From: Candidatus Falkowbacteria bacterium
GTDB lineage: Bacteria > Patescibacteriota > Patescibacteriia > Patescibacteriales > UBA12075
Assembly (NCBI GenBank): GCA_003514005.1
Contig: DOSJ01000022.1
Coordinates: 13,804-77,803, forward strand
Direction of reading: 5' to 3'
DNA length: 64,000 nucleotides
Shown one piece after another: positions 18,630 through 28,221 of the stretch. Made by a program: the position numbers and the translations under genes. Every line of letters starts with the position of its first letter. Within the stretch, counting starts at the first letter, position 1. A model generated the notes under the pieces. That model saw only the letters and a program-made list of their open reading frames with translations, was not told where the DNA came from and made no database searches.

Positions 18630-19175
18630 TTATTTGCATTCTTTGTTCGGAGCCGGATATGACGGATGCCCATGTTCTATCCATTTGCCATTCTCGCACA
18701 TCCAGGAATCTTCGCCCGAAAATACTCTGAGCATAAAAATTGATAAAAACAGAAAAATTATTATTACGCCAATCAAATACAGGCTCCTGCTATTGGTTAA
18801 TTGCATCTTATTATAGTAATAAAAAATCGCGCTATACACCAGCATTAATATACAAGTCGAAAAAGCCAGAGTTAAAGCGACCGCTTCATAATTTGGGTTA
18901 TAACCCTGAAGTGAATACAATAAAAGCATACTGATGACTGCAATCCAAGAGTAGATTTGGATTGCCATCAAGGCAGACTTTCCGCCATTCAAAATGTCTC
19001 TTTCATCGCTGATAACCTGCTCGACTTTTTTTCTTAAAAAAAGAAGGACTAAAAAACTTGCTACCAGAGTTATAGCGGGGATAAAAAAATTCTGATGAAT
19101 GATGGAAGTTGATACGACGATTGAAATTAGCATCGTCAAAAATAATTTTATTCTTTGATAAGTTTTTGTTGTCAT
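18630..19175 (-). CDS. DUF2178-like membrane protein
   Basis: SDERD motif between TM pairs; co-transcribed with the XRE regulator; C-terminal GEDSWMCENGKWIEHGHP. Start placed at MTTKTY because ATG 19199 lies in the operator. Confidence 0.7.
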   Translation of the reverse strand: MTTKTYQRIKLFLTMLISIVVSTSIIHQNFFIPAITLVASFLVLLFLRKKVEQVISDERDILNGGKSALMAIQIYSWIAVISMLLLYSLQGYNPNYEAVALTLAFSTCILMLVYSAIFYYYNKMQLTNSRSLYLIGVIIIFLFLSIFMLRVFSGEDSWMCENGKWIEHGHPSYPAPNKECK

Positions 19176-19180
19176 ATTTT

Positions 19181-19224
19181 TGTTAGATTTAGTTAACATA
19201 TTTTTATGTTATATCAATCTAACA
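19181..19224. promoter_or_regulatory. Two tandem TGTTA-N8-TAACA operator boxes, probably bound by the XRE regulator
   Basis: tgttagatttagttaaca (19181-19198) and tgttatatcaatctaaca (19207-19224), directly downstream of a minus-strand TTGACA at ~19229-19234. Confidence 0.6.
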
Positions 19225-19397
19225 TTTTTGTCAAGAAGTTTTATCCACAAACAAAATTTTGAGTACAAAATAATTATTTCAATATTTTTATCATCTGACG
19301 AGCAAATTTTACAAAAAAACGGTAGAACTAGTCTACCAAAGAATACCGACATTATTTTATTACCAGACCTTAATGAAGTTGCTATTAAATTCTATAA

Positions 19398-21011
19398 TTA
19401 TAATTCAAACGTTATTCTGTATCTCGGAATCTGCAACGCATCAAATCCGACAACCACTGCCTTACCATTTTCCTGCAAAAACGTATTTAGCTTTTCGATA
19501 CCTGCTGGTTTTTCATAGACTGGAGCTTCTTCGAAATCGACTGCCTCTAGCTCTTGTCTAACTTCTTCCTTGGACGTCCAATTCCCCATTGTCAGCGGGG
19601 TCGCATCAATCCACTTTTTCATCTTGGCAGTCAATTCTATAATATCCAAAATTGACGATTTATCCGGATAAATAATTGCATAAACACCTAACATAAGATT
19701 ATTATAATCCGCTTCTGTTTTATAGACACGCAAGGAATTAATCTCCTTTTTCCCCGAGATCAATTCAAAGTCTTTCTCAATAAGCACAGATGTCTTTTGG
19801 GTTCCCAGATCAGTTATTAATTTTTCCGACGCGCCCCAAAGTTTTCCTTGCTTTTCACTGGACAATGCCCCAATATCCTTGAAAATTGAAAAAAATCCGC
19901 TGCCATCCAAGGAGGCATGCTCTCCGTTTGGATAATAACTAAAGGCTCCTTCCTCTGGAATATAGCAATTAGCAAAATTAGTCCTAACCAAATTTTCGAT
20001 TAACTCTTTTGCTCTAGCCTTATCCTCCTCTAATGCGTACTGCCACACATATCTTGTCAACATATATGTGCCTTTTCCCATTTTCAGCTCCCACTCATGC
20101 CATTCGTCTAAGTCATCGACATCCGGTGCGGGTTCAGACATGACCTCAAGCGCGGTTTTGAACATTTGGCTCCCATATCGCAAAGAAAAGGACGGATTGA
20201 GATTATTTCCATCTTTATCAACAAACGCTTTAATAATTGAAGCCGTGTTGGTTAAATCTTTTTCCAACAATTTATGACCGTCTCTTGATCTTGGCCCCCA
20301 AAATCCTGTTTCCGAATCTTGATTTTCATAAAACCACTGGAGCAAAGCCTGTTTCCATTCGTCAGAAAATTTATAAAAGCCTTTCTCCTCTATTACTCCT
20401 TCGCCATTGGAATAGCTCAGTATACTTCTGGCAAACACATAGGAGGTTTGTGGAAATTTCGTAGAAATCCAACCGACATAAGCAACATCATCTAGAAACA
20501 CTTTTAATTTTTCTGGCGTATTGATTTCATCAAGATATTTCAAAAGGTATTTCAATTTAAGCGTCTGCCCGCTTTCTTTTGTCAGTGTATCCAAGTGATT
20601 TATAATATTTTCCGTAACCTCATTGTAGGTTGCATACGGATAAATATCATCAATAAAAGCTCCTGTTTTTGGATTTTGCAAATTTAGATAAAATTCAATT
20701 TCTTCATCCTTATTAGCAAACTTAGGCATCTTTATTAACCCTTTTTTGGTTTCAAATTGAGTATGTAATTTATTGAGATGCGCCAAAGCACGATAAAATT
20801 CTCCTTTGTCTAACCAGTATAAAATTCCCATCATTTTAAATTCAAAATCACCCATATAGTATCCGGCTTCCTGTAATTCTTTATTCATACGAAAAAGATC
20901 CTTGACCTGAGATTTGGTATTGAGTACTAAAAAAAATCCCGAGATTGCAAACGCTACCAAAACCAAAATAATTATAATGATTGTTTTTTTATATTTCATA
21001 CGAATAATCAT
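19398..21011 (-). CDS. Membrane-anchored hypothetical protein, possible (alpha/alpha)-barrel
   Basis: 537-aa ORF with N-terminal TM. Repeated QxxxxGxF/W motifs (LQNPKTGAF, NQDSETGFWG) resemble prenyltransferase/cyclase-type repeats. Confidence 0.6.
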   Translation of the reverse strand: MIIRMKYKKTIIIIILVLVAFAISGFFLVLNTKSQVKDLFRMNKELQEAGYYMGDFEFKMMGILYWLDKGEFYRALAHLNKLHTQFETKKGLIKMPKFANKDEEIEFYLNLQNPKTGAFIDDIYPYATYNEVTENIINHLDTLTKESGQTLKLKYLLKYLDEINTPEKLKVFLDDVAYVGWISTKFPQTSYVFARSILSYSNGEGVIEEKGFYKFSDEWKQALLQWFYENQDSETGFWGPRSRDGHKLLEKDLTNTASIIKAFVDKDGNNLNPSFSLRYGSQMFKTALEVMSEPAPDVDDLDEWHEWELKMGKGTYMLTRYVWQYALEEDKARAKELIENLVRTNFANCYIPEEGAFSYYPNGEHASLDGSGFFSIFKDIGALSSEKQGKLWGASEKLITDLGTQKTSVLIEKDFELISGKKEINSLRVYKTEADYNNLMLGVYAIIYPDKSSILDIIELTAKMKKWIDATPLTMGNWTSKEEVRQELEAVDFEEAPVYEKPAGIEKLNTFLQENGKAVVVGFDALQIPRYRITFEL

Positions 21012-21097
21012 ATTTTAGCAAAGATATGCTGGCAATACGATATTTATTTATATTTAATTTTAAATTGGATTAAATCAATCACCATCAAAATTCAACA

Positions 21098-21631
21098 CTA
21101 AGACAATTTTTCAACAGCCTTTTTTTGAATATGTACTAGATTTTCAAAAAAAGAAGTAAGAACGGCTAATTGTTCTTCATTGTATTGTTCAAGAATTAAA
21201 TTAAAATTCTTACCAAAATCTTCAACAACAGAACGCAATTCCTGTGGCATTTCTCTACCTGTAAACGGGTTAACACGAGATAATTCTTCCGACAATTTTG
21301 GAGGTCTACTTTTGAGTTTTAATATTATTTTTCTTCGGTCATTCTTGTCCGCAACCCGCACGATAAATCCACCCTTTTCCAGACGATCAATTAAGGCGGT
21401 AATGGCACCAGTGGTCAAATCGGTTAATTTCGCCAAATCACCAGCACTTACCTTGTCATTATCCAATAAATATTCAAGGCAAATGTTTTCATTAGCATTA
21501 AACCCGGAAACTCTGGCGATTTTATGCTTAATCCGATTTTCTAGAATATTTTCCTGTTGTAACAAAAAGAATAAATTATTTATCTTGAAAATTTTTTTAA
21601 TATTATTAGCTTCTTTATTAGGTATTTGCAT
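21098..21631 (-). CDS. MarR-family transcriptional regulator
   Basis: SAGDLAKLTDLTTGAITALIDRLEKGGFIVRVADKNDRRK; divergent from the efflux operon. Confidence 0.9.
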   Translation of the reverse strand: MQIPNKEANNIKKIFKINNLFFLLQQENILENRIKHKIARVSGFNANENICLEYLLDNDKVSAGDLAKLTDLTTGAITALIDRLEKGGFIVRVADKNDRRKIILKLKSRPPKLSEELSRVNPFTGREMPQELRSVVEDFGKNFNLILEQYNEEQLAVLTSFFENLVHIQKKAVEKLS

Positions 21632-21659
21632 AACTTTAGATTTTACTTTATAATTAAGA

Positions 21660-21677
21660 TACTTACTAAGTAAGATA
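21660..21677. promoter_or_regulatory. Palindromic candidate MarR operator
   Basis: cttactaagtaag palindrome in the short divergent intergenic region. Confidence 0.45.
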
Positions 21678-21731
21678 ATTATATAATAAATTAATTTTTT
21701 TACAAGCCTAGTACGTCTAGGTCTAAATAAT

Positions 21732-23624
21732 ATGGCAACTAAGAAAAAATATTTAATAATAATTATCGTGGGCTTGTTTGCAATATTATTTTTTATTATA
21801 ACAACAAAAGGGAGACCAAATCAATACGAAACCGTGAAACCACAAAAAGGAGAGATTACTGCCACTGTTTTAGTTAGTGGTGAAACCGAACTTGCCTCCA
21901 GTATTGATCTTAATTTTAAAAACAGTGGTAAGTTAATCGCGCTTAATACCGAAGTCGGACAAATAGTTGGCACCGGTGAAATATTGGCTGAACAAGACGA
22001 CAGGCAACTTAAAGCTGAGATCGATTCTATGCAGGCTGATATAAATCTGCAAGTAACGAGACTTAATCAAGCCCTAGCTGGTGCATCCAAAGAAAGTATT
22101 AAGGTTTCCGAGGTAAACGTGTCCAAGACTAAAACCGCTTATGAATCGGCAATTAATAAACTAGAAAATACAAAAAAAATTTCCGAGGAAAATATTGCGG
22201 AAGCAGAAAAGAGCTACCAGGACATAATTTCTAATACTGACGCGGATATTACTACCTATGAACAGTCAGTGATAACAAACGAAACATCTCTCGAAAATAC
22301 AAAAAAAACTGTGACTCAGACAATAAGCAATAAGCTGTCATCATCTCTAATTCTAATTAAGGAAAAACTGGATTTAGCCGAAGCTGCAAATGATGCCACC
22401 CAGAAGATATTAGATGATGATGTCATTAAGTATAGCTTGAGTGTTAAAAATTTAAGCTACCTTAATTCAACCGAATTAAACCTAAGAATCGCCGGTGAAA
22501 AATTAGATGATGCCATGAGCAAGTTTACTGCAACCAGCGATTCTTCTCAAAGTGTTGACAACATAATTTCCGCCTATGGCGTAACGATTGCCTCGCTCAA
22601 CGCCAGCTATGTAGCTGCATCTGATTGTCTCCATGCCCTGATATATTCCGTAACCAGCTCTAGTTTTACCCAAAGCGACTTGGATGTCTACAAAGCATCT
22701 ATGAATACCCAGAAAGCAAATTTGACCGCCGGCATTACTGCCCTGCAAAACAGCCAACAAACGCTACAAGATGCCCAATTAAGCCAGTTAACCAGTATTT
22801 CTAACGCCGAAAAAACACTGGATCAGTCTAGAGCTAGTCTAAAAAATGCTAAACAGACTTTACTTGATGCCTTTAATCAATCTAAGCTTAAGGCCAAGCA
22901 AGACATTGGTAATGCGCAAGCGGAGGTTGATTCTAATCTGAGTTCACATGAATCTGCCCTTGCTCAATTAGAACAAGCAAAAGCGCCTTCCAGAAAAGTG
23001 GACATCGATGTTTATCGTAGCCAGATCGCCCAGGCAGAAGCATCCAAAAGACAAAAAGAAACGAACCTGGAAGACATGCTGATCCGAGCTACTGCCACCG
23101 GCACGATTTCCCAAATAACAGGCGAGGTTGGGGAAATAATATCTCCCGAAACCAAAATTATTACTTTATTACCAGTCAGTAAAATGCAAGTAAAGGTTGA
23201 TATTTCGGAAAATAATATAGCTGACATAAAAACAGGACAAACAGTTCGGATGTGGCTTGACGCTTTCGGGGAAGAAAAAATATTTTCCGGTAAAATAACG
23301 CGTACCGACCCTTCTGATTCTGTTGTCAGTGGCGCCGTGTATTACAAAACCGTTGTGGTGTTCGAGGACAATGGTGATGAATTAATAAAGCCAGGAATGT
23401 CGGTTAATGTTTATATCGATACTGCTTCAAAAGCCGATGTCTTAACATTGCCGATTAGTGCGATTAAGAATAAAAATGGAAAAAATATTATTCAGACACT
23501 GGAAAACAATCAATCTGTTGAAAAAGAGGTTACTACGGGATTAAAAGATAAAAACGGCCGCATTGAAATCGTTTCAGGTATTACTGAGTCTGATGACGTA
23601 ATCATCGGCAATAAAGCAAAATAA
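21732..23624 (+). CDS. Efflux membrane-fusion (HlyD/MacA-like) adaptor with long coiled coil
   Basis: N-terminal TM, lipoyl halves (SGKLIALNTEVGQIV; IRATATGTI), KPGMSVNV, EIVSGITESD. Confidence 0.88.
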   Translation: MATKKKYLIIIIVGLFAILFFIITTKGRPNQYETVKPQKGEITATVLVSGETELASSIDLNFKNSGKLIALNTEVGQIVGTGEILAEQDDRQLKAEIDSMQADINLQVTRLNQALAGASKESIKVSEVNVSKTKTAYESAINKLENTKKISEENIAEAEKSYQDIISNTDADITTYEQSVITNETSLENTKKTVTQTISNKLSSSLILIKEKLDLAEAANDATQKILDDDVIKYSLSVKNLSYLNSTELNLRIAGEKLDDAMSKFTATSDSSQSVDNIISAYGVTIASLNASYVAASDCLHALIYSVTSSSFTQSDLDVYKASMNTQKANLTAGITALQNSQQTLQDAQLSQLTSISNAEKTLDQSRASLKNAKQTLLDAFNQSKLKAKQDIGNAQAEVDSNLSSHESALAQLEQAKAPSRKVDIDVYRSQIAQAEASKRQKETNLEDMLIRATATGTISQITGEVGEIISPETKIITLLPVSKMQVKVDISENNIADIKTGQTVRMWLDAFGEEKIFSGKITRTDPSDSVVSGAVYYKTVVVFEDNGDELIKPGMSVNVYIDTASKADVLTLPISAIKNKNGKNIIQTLENNQSVEKEVTTGLKDKNGRIEIVSGITESDDVIIGNKAK

Positions 23625-23626
23625 TT

Positions 23627-24856
23627 ATGATTACTGACATAAAAACCGCTTTTTTTATCGCGTACAAATCCATCCTCAAAGGCAACCGGTCGACGATGTT
23701 TTTGCTTATTTTTATTTTATCTCTTTCATTTCTAAACTTGATGTTCATTGCCGGTATAATGAAGGGACTGACTTCCGGTATGACCAAAAGCATCATTGAC
23801 ACGTCTCTTGGGCATATTACTATCTCACCGCAAGTTGAACCAACCAAACGCGATTACATAGACAACCAAGACCAGTTAGTAGCTGACATCAAGACGATAC
23901 CGGGAATCGTCGGGGTTACCAGACACTACAAAACAAGCGGCCAGATCAGTTTTGACAAGGAAAAGAACGGCAAATTCGAAACCGTATCCGCTTCAATTGT
24001 CGGCATAGATCCAAATGACGAAAGAAAAGTCCTAACAACTTATCAAAACATTACTTCCGGTAAATTTTTGGATGGCACAGAAACGGATGAAATTGTTATT
24101 TCTTCCAGCATAGCCGGTGGAGGAGAAATTAGCTCACCAGAAGATAATTTAGGTGGTGCTAAAGTTGGCGATCGAGTGATGATAACATTTGCCGGAGGCT
24201 ATGTACGGCATTACAAGATAAAAGGCATATTCGAAGTTTCCATGGGTGGCGCCTCCCAATCTGTATTTGTCAGCTCCAAAGAAGCTGAATCAATTCTAGG
24301 AGTATATAATAATGCCTCGGAAATTGTCGTCAGAGTGGATGAATCTCGGGATACTATTGAAAACTACTATCAAAGGATAAAGGCGATGGCTCCGAACCTA
24401 AAAATACAGCCGTATAGCGACTTGCTTTCCACGATTGGTACCATGCTTTCAGCATTTGATCTAATCGCTACTATTGTCGGAATTATTAGTATTATCGTTG
24501 CGGCAGTTACGATTTTTGTTTTAATTTATGTTAACGCAGTCAACAAAAGAAGACAGATTGGTATCTTGAAAGCAATCGGTATTAAAGAATCCATTATTGA
24601 AATATCATATATTTTTCAATCGGTCTTTTATGCCATATGTAGCGTCGGTATGGGTAGCATTTTAGTGTTCGGAGTGCTTTCGCCTTTACTCAAAGCACAT
24701 CCTATCGCCTTGCCTTTTGGCGATGCCGCACTGGTCTTTACTAATTCTAAAATAATCACATCAGTCGCCAGTATGCTCATCTCTGGATTAGTAGCAGGAT
24801 ATTTGCCTGCCAGAATAGTGGCTAAACAAAGTATTCTGGATGCTATTTGGGGATAA
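23627..24856 (+). CDS. MacB/FtsX-family ABC permease
   Basis: N-terminal TM plus periplasmic core; KRRQIGILKAIG; GYLPARIVAK. Confidence 0.9.
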   Translation: MITDIKTAFFIAYKSILKGNRSTMFLLIFILSLSFLNLMFIAGIMKGLTSGMTKSIIDTSLGHITISPQVEPTKRDYIDNQDQLVADIKTIPGIVGVTRHYKTSGQISFDKEKNGKFETVSASIVGIDPNDERKVLTTYQNITSGKFLDGTETDEIVISSSIAGGGEISSPEDNLGGAKVGDRVMITFAGGYVRHYKIKGIFEVSMGGASQSVFVSSKEAESILGVYNNASEIVVRVDESRDTIENYYQRIKAMAPNLKIQPYSDLLSTIGTMLSAFDLIATIVGIISIIVAAVTIFVLIYVNAVNKRRQIGILKAIGIKESIIEISYIFQSVFYAICSVGMGSILVFGVLSPLLKAHPIALPFGDAALVFTNSKIITSVASMLISGLVAGYLPARIVAKQSILDAIWG

Positions 24857-24860
24857 TTAT

Positions 24861-25550
24861 ATGATAAAAGTAAACAAAGTAAAAAAAACATACGAAGGGA
24901 AAGTCCCAACTTATGCTCTAAAAGAAGTATCATTTGAAATAGCTGAAGGGAAATTTGTGGCCCTAATGGGCAGAAGTGGTTCCGGCAAATCAACTCTTCT
25001 CCATCAACTGGGTCTCATTGATACACCGACTTCTGGAAAAATTTATATCAACAACACAGAAGTTACCGCACTTTCGGATATAAAAAAGACCTTTTTCCGC
25101 TTGAAGCATCTCGGTTACGTTTTTCAGGAATATGCGCTTATAGCCGAATTTACAGCCCTTGAGAATGTCCATCTGCCCGCACGCGCCATAGGAAACAAGA
25201 TAAACGAAGGTAGAGCTAAGGAATTACTAGAGTTGGTCGGACTAGGTAACAGATTAAGCCATTATCCTAGTGAAATGTCGGGCGGAGAACAACAACGTGT
25301 CGCCATTGCCCGTTCTCTTATCAATAGCCCCAAAGTACTTTTTGCCGATGAACCGACGGCTAATCTGGATACTGTTTCTTCTGAAACCGTCTTAAAACTT
25401 TTCCAAAAATTAAACCGTGAACTCAAACAAACAATCATTATGGTCACGCATGAACCCGACGACGTTAAATATGTCGACCAGATAATCTGGTTAAAAGACG
25501 GTGGTCTGGAAAAAATTGAGAATAATAACAAAGTTGAATTATTAAAATAG
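24861..25550 (+). CDS. ABC transporter ATP-binding protein (LolD/MacB-like)
   Basis: GRSGSGKST, MSGGEQQRVAIAR, FADEPT, VTH. Start placed at ATG 24861. Confidence 0.95.
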   Translation: MIKVNKVKKTYEGKVPTYALKEVSFEIAEGKFVALMGRSGSGKSTLLHQLGLIDTPTSGKIYINNTEVTALSDIKKTFFRLKHLGYVFQEYALIAEFTALENVHLPARAIGNKINEGRAKELLELVGLGNRLSHYPSEMSGGEQQRVAIARSLINSPKVLFADEPTANLDTVSSETVLKLFQKLNRELKQTIIMVTHEPDDVKYVDQIIWLKDGGLEKIENNNKVELLK

Positions 25551-25613
25551 CACTCACTATTTAATCATTTAAATCAAATTTTCTTTTTTTGTTATTGTTC
25601 AGGTACACTTGTA

Positions 25614-26033
25614 TTACAATTTATTACTTTTATTATATTTATTAGCGAAGGCGAGAATCTCATTCATCAAGCCATCGGATGTCTTATAATTTTTTATATC
25701 CAAGGGATCTATCCAAATATAATCCGTATTTTCATCGCTTAAAACAATCTCGCCGCCAGCATAGTCACAAATAAATGTAATTCCGACTTTAAATTCATTT
25801 TTCTCATTTTCAAATGAATAAACATTAAATGGTTCACGCACCTTGACCGACAAATTAGTTTCTTCTTGTATTTCTCGATGTAAAGCCGATTGCGGATTTT
25901 CTTTTTCTTTCATGCCGCCACCGACCGTCTCCCAATAACCAGGCCAAAAACTATCCTGCTCGCTTCTTTTTACGAGTAAAATTTTACCGTCATTGTTTGT
26001 TATTATGCCCTTGACTGTTATTTTGCAATACAT
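25614..26033 (-). CDS. NUDIX hydrolase
   Basis: Nudix box GGGMKEKENPQSALHREIQEETNL. Start moved to 26033 because the longer start overlaps a terminator. Confidence 0.88.
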   Translation of the reverse strand: MYCKITVKGIITNNDGKILLVKRSEQDSFWPGYWETVGGGMKEKENPQSALHREIQEETNLSVKVREPFNVYSFENEKNEFKVGITFICDYAGGEIVLSDENTDYIWIDPLDIKNYKTSDGLMNEILAFANKYNKSNKL

Positions 26034-26099
26034 ATAATTATCACTGTTATAATAATCAAATTTTAGCAAATTAAATTCGAACTCGCAAACTTTTGTATC

Positions 26100-26135
26100 A
26101 AAAAAATCACAACTTGCTTTTGTTGTGATTTTTTT
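26100..26135. terminator. Bidirectional intrinsic terminator downstream of the tRNA pseudogene
   Basis: aaaaaaatcacaac-ttgctttt-gttgtgattttttt. Confidence 0.75.
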
Positions 26136-26138
26136 CAT

Positions 26139-26210
26139 GCACAGGATGCACGAATCAAGCCCATGCAGGAGTTTTTAAAAACCCCCGTACTACCCTTATG
26201 CTAATCCCGA
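26139..26210 (-). pseudogene. Decayed full-length copy of the neighbouring tRNA-Trp
   Basis: Aligns without gaps to 27040-27111 at 57/72 identity (hand count). T-loop CTTGATT and T-stem are disrupted; anticodon position reads TTA. Confidence 0.85.
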
Positions 26211-26320
26211 CCACCTTCCGACACAGCCAGAGCTTCTTGCCTACCAGCAGACAGGTTATTATACAAATTAAAACGGTAACAAATCTTTCGAAATGCCACC
26301 GTTTGAAATGCAAGTTATTG

Positions 26321-26878
26321 TTATGTCATGCCAAAGATAATTTTTTCATGACCTGGCCAAAGATAATCATCGTTGACATACGTTGTTCTCAACAACACCA
26401 TATGACCCCAGTTTTCTAATCTAAATAAATCCGGACATTGAAAAAGATCTTTGTCTTTTTTCACCAGTATAGATACTTGATCGTGTACCGGCTGATCCTG
26501 ATATTGCAGTCTAAGTTGCGGACCAGCTTCAACTTCAACTGGTAAACCACCAATTTTTCCTATACTTTCGAGGAGCTCGATATGAGTTCCTCTTTGACCG
26601 ATAATTTGCTCTACAGTCATCATGCAAAGATTTTTTAAAACTACCTTATTGTCCTGATTAAATTGTTTAAGTTTTAAAAAATGCTCCATATAGACTGAAT
26701 AACTCCATGTTTTTTGTATTGTTTTATTGGCTTCATCGATGTTAGGACAAAGTAGCGTTAAAAAATCACTCAAAGGGCCTCTACAATCGCATTCGATTTT
26801 TGCTAGGGCGCCCAAGAGATCCCTGCTGTTCGAATTGATTAATTCAATTGTTTTCCATATTTTTAAATTTTTAATCAC
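26321..26878 (-). CDS. Hypothetical protein lying between the two tRNA-Trp copies
   Basis: 185-aa ORF, GTG start with AAGGAG RBS and upstream TTGACA. Confidence 0.6.
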   Translation of the reverse strand: MIKNLKIWKTIELINSNSRDLLGALAKIECDCRGPLSDFLTLLCPNIDEANKTIQKTWSYSVYMEHFLKLKQFNQDNKVVLKNLCMMTVEQIIGQRGTHIELLESIGKIGGLPVEVEAGPQLRLQYQDQPVHDQVSILVKKDKDLFQCPDLFRLENWGHMVLLRTTYVNDDYLWPGHEKIIFGMT

Positions 26879-26977
26879 GTTTCTTCTCCTTTTTCAAAAT
26901 ATATATTTAAGAGCAAAAAACAAATATTTTATATATACTATATAGCATATAAGCTATATTTTGTCAAGTCTATTGAC

Positions 26978-27005
26978 AAGGTTCGATTTCCTTCCTCCCA
27001 CACCA
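26978..27005 (+). other. tRNA 3'-end-like fragment (T-loop plus CCA)
   Basis: aaggttcgatttccttcctcccacacca contains GGTTCGA and ends in ACCA; no 5' half is present. Confidence 0.45.
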
Positions 27006-27040
27006 AAAATCACAGCTAATATTAGCCGTGATTATTCTCG

Positions 27041-27111
27041 CACGGGATGTAGGAATCGAACCCACGCTAGAGGTTTTGGAAACCCCTGTACTACCATTAT
27101 ACTAATCCCGC
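27041..27111 (-). tRNA. trnW: tRNA-Trp (CCA)
   Basis: GCGGGAT TA GTAT-AATGGTA-GTAC A GGGGT-TTCCAAA-ACCTC TAGC GTGGG-TTCGATT-CCTAC ATCCCGT G folds as a cloverleaf with G73. CCA end not encoded. Lies downstream of rpmG as in the common rpmG-trnW order. Confidence 0.92.
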
Positions 27112-27189
27112 CCCGCCCTTCGCGAAGGGCGGGGCTGGCCCCGGTCCGACGCAATAAAGGTTTACCCCGCCCCTCACGAGGAGCTGGGT
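27111..27189. repeat. GC-rich hairpins between the GIY-YIG gene and tRNA-Trp
   Basis: ccccgcccttcgcgaagggcgggg and a degenerate second copy ccccgcccctcacgaggagctggg. Confidence 0.65.
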
Positions 27190-27437
27190 TATTTTATTTT
27201 TAATCTTTTTAATAATCCTACGTATGCTGAACCGAATTGTTTTAGTTTTTTTTCTCTCTCAAGGGCTAAATTATTAGTCTGATAAGATTCGTAATATATT
27301 AATTCTAGTGGTCTTCTATGTTTTGTTGATTCAACTAGTCCTTGTTGATGCTGAGCAAATCGCCTAGACAAGTCAGAACTATATCCAATATAAAACTTTT
27401 TATCTCTTCCACTGTGTAATAAATAAACATAATACAT
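27189..27437 (-). CDS. Stand-alone GIY-YIG nuclease
   Basis: YYVYLL...FYIGYSSDLSRRFAQH..G...STK.RRP.ELIYYE.....AL.REKKLK. Confidence 0.92.
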   Translation of the reverse strand: MYYVYLLHSGRDKKFYIGYSSDLSRRFAQHQQGLVESTKHRRPLELIYYESYQTNNLALEREKKLKQFGSAYVGLLKRLKIK

Positions 27438-27499
27438 AGGAATACCATCTAATTTCAAATATCCCATTCCTATTCCCTAAGTACCTATGCCCTAATTAC

Positions 27500-27889
27500 C
27501 TACTCGCCTATCTTCTCCAAAATATCCGGTGTCTTTTTCAAAATATATTCAAAACGCTCAATTGATTTTCCACTCACTTCATCAAAGAGCGGTGTACCGT
27601 CGGTATAAAAAGTATCCATCGCATCACCATAGCGATTTAGATTGTTATCAGTCAACCATTTCTCGATTTTTTCTTTTTGCTCAGTTGTCAAATCCTCAGC
27701 TCCAGGTGGTGCAACATTAAAACTATTATTTTTGGATTTTGTTGTTGATTCGGTTTCCTGTGAATTTGTTTCCGTATTCGTGCCATCAAAAAAAATCTCA
27801 CCAACCCTTTGATCAAGCCACTTTAATTTTGTGCAACCGGAAACAGAAATCATTAAAATCAAAGCAAATATAAAACGACCAATTTTCAT
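27500..27889 (-). CDS. Hypothetical lipoprotein
   Basis: Lipobox VSGC; C-terminal LNRYGD...YT.GTPLFDE.SG....RFEYI motif. Confidence 0.75.
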   Translation of the reverse strand: MKIGRFIFALILMISVSGCTKLKWLDQRVGEIFFDGTNTETNSQETESTTKSKNNSFNVAPPGAEDLTTEQKEKIEKWLTDNNLNRYGDAMDTFYTDGTPLFDEVSGKSIERFEYILKKTPDILEKIGE

Positions 27890-27936
27890 AGCTTAATATA
27901 ATAAATAATATTAAATCGAAAATCCGAAATCGAAAA

Positions 27937-28092
27937 TTACTTAGTTTCCTTATGAAGAGCGTGCTTGTTGCAAAACTTGCAGAACTTGTTCATCTGAAGT
28001 CTTTCTTTCAATGTTTTCTTATTCTTCCGTGAAAAATAATTAACACGCTTGCATTCTGTGCACTCTAATTTTATCATGTTATCTTGTGACAT
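27937..28092 (-). CDS. rpmG: 50S ribosomal protein L33, zinc-binding type (absent from ORF track)
   Basis: Hand translation [51 protein letters not shown]; two CxxC pairs. Confidence 0.95.
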   Translation of the reverse strand: MSQDNMIKLECTECKRVNYFSRKNKKTLKERLQMNKFCKFCNKHALHKETK

Positions 28093-28221
28093 ACAAACAG
28101 AATATTATAAAACAGACGGATAGTCTGCTTTATATATAATTAATATTTACTCCCATATAATAATATATTCGAGCAAATAAGTCAAATTATTATGATTAGC
28201 TAATATTAAACAAAAAAATCT

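Noticed and set aside
26139-26210. Functional ochre-suppressor tRNA (anticodon TTA)
   Set aside because: T-loop (CTTGATT), T-stem, D-stem, anticodon stem and the first acceptor pair are all disrupted; best read as a pseudogene.
27041-27111. tRNA-Gly(TCC), suggested by the GCGGG start and TTCCAA
   Set aside because: That register leaves two G-A mismatches in the anticodon stem. The CCA register pairs fully, G73 fits Trp, and rpmG is nearby.
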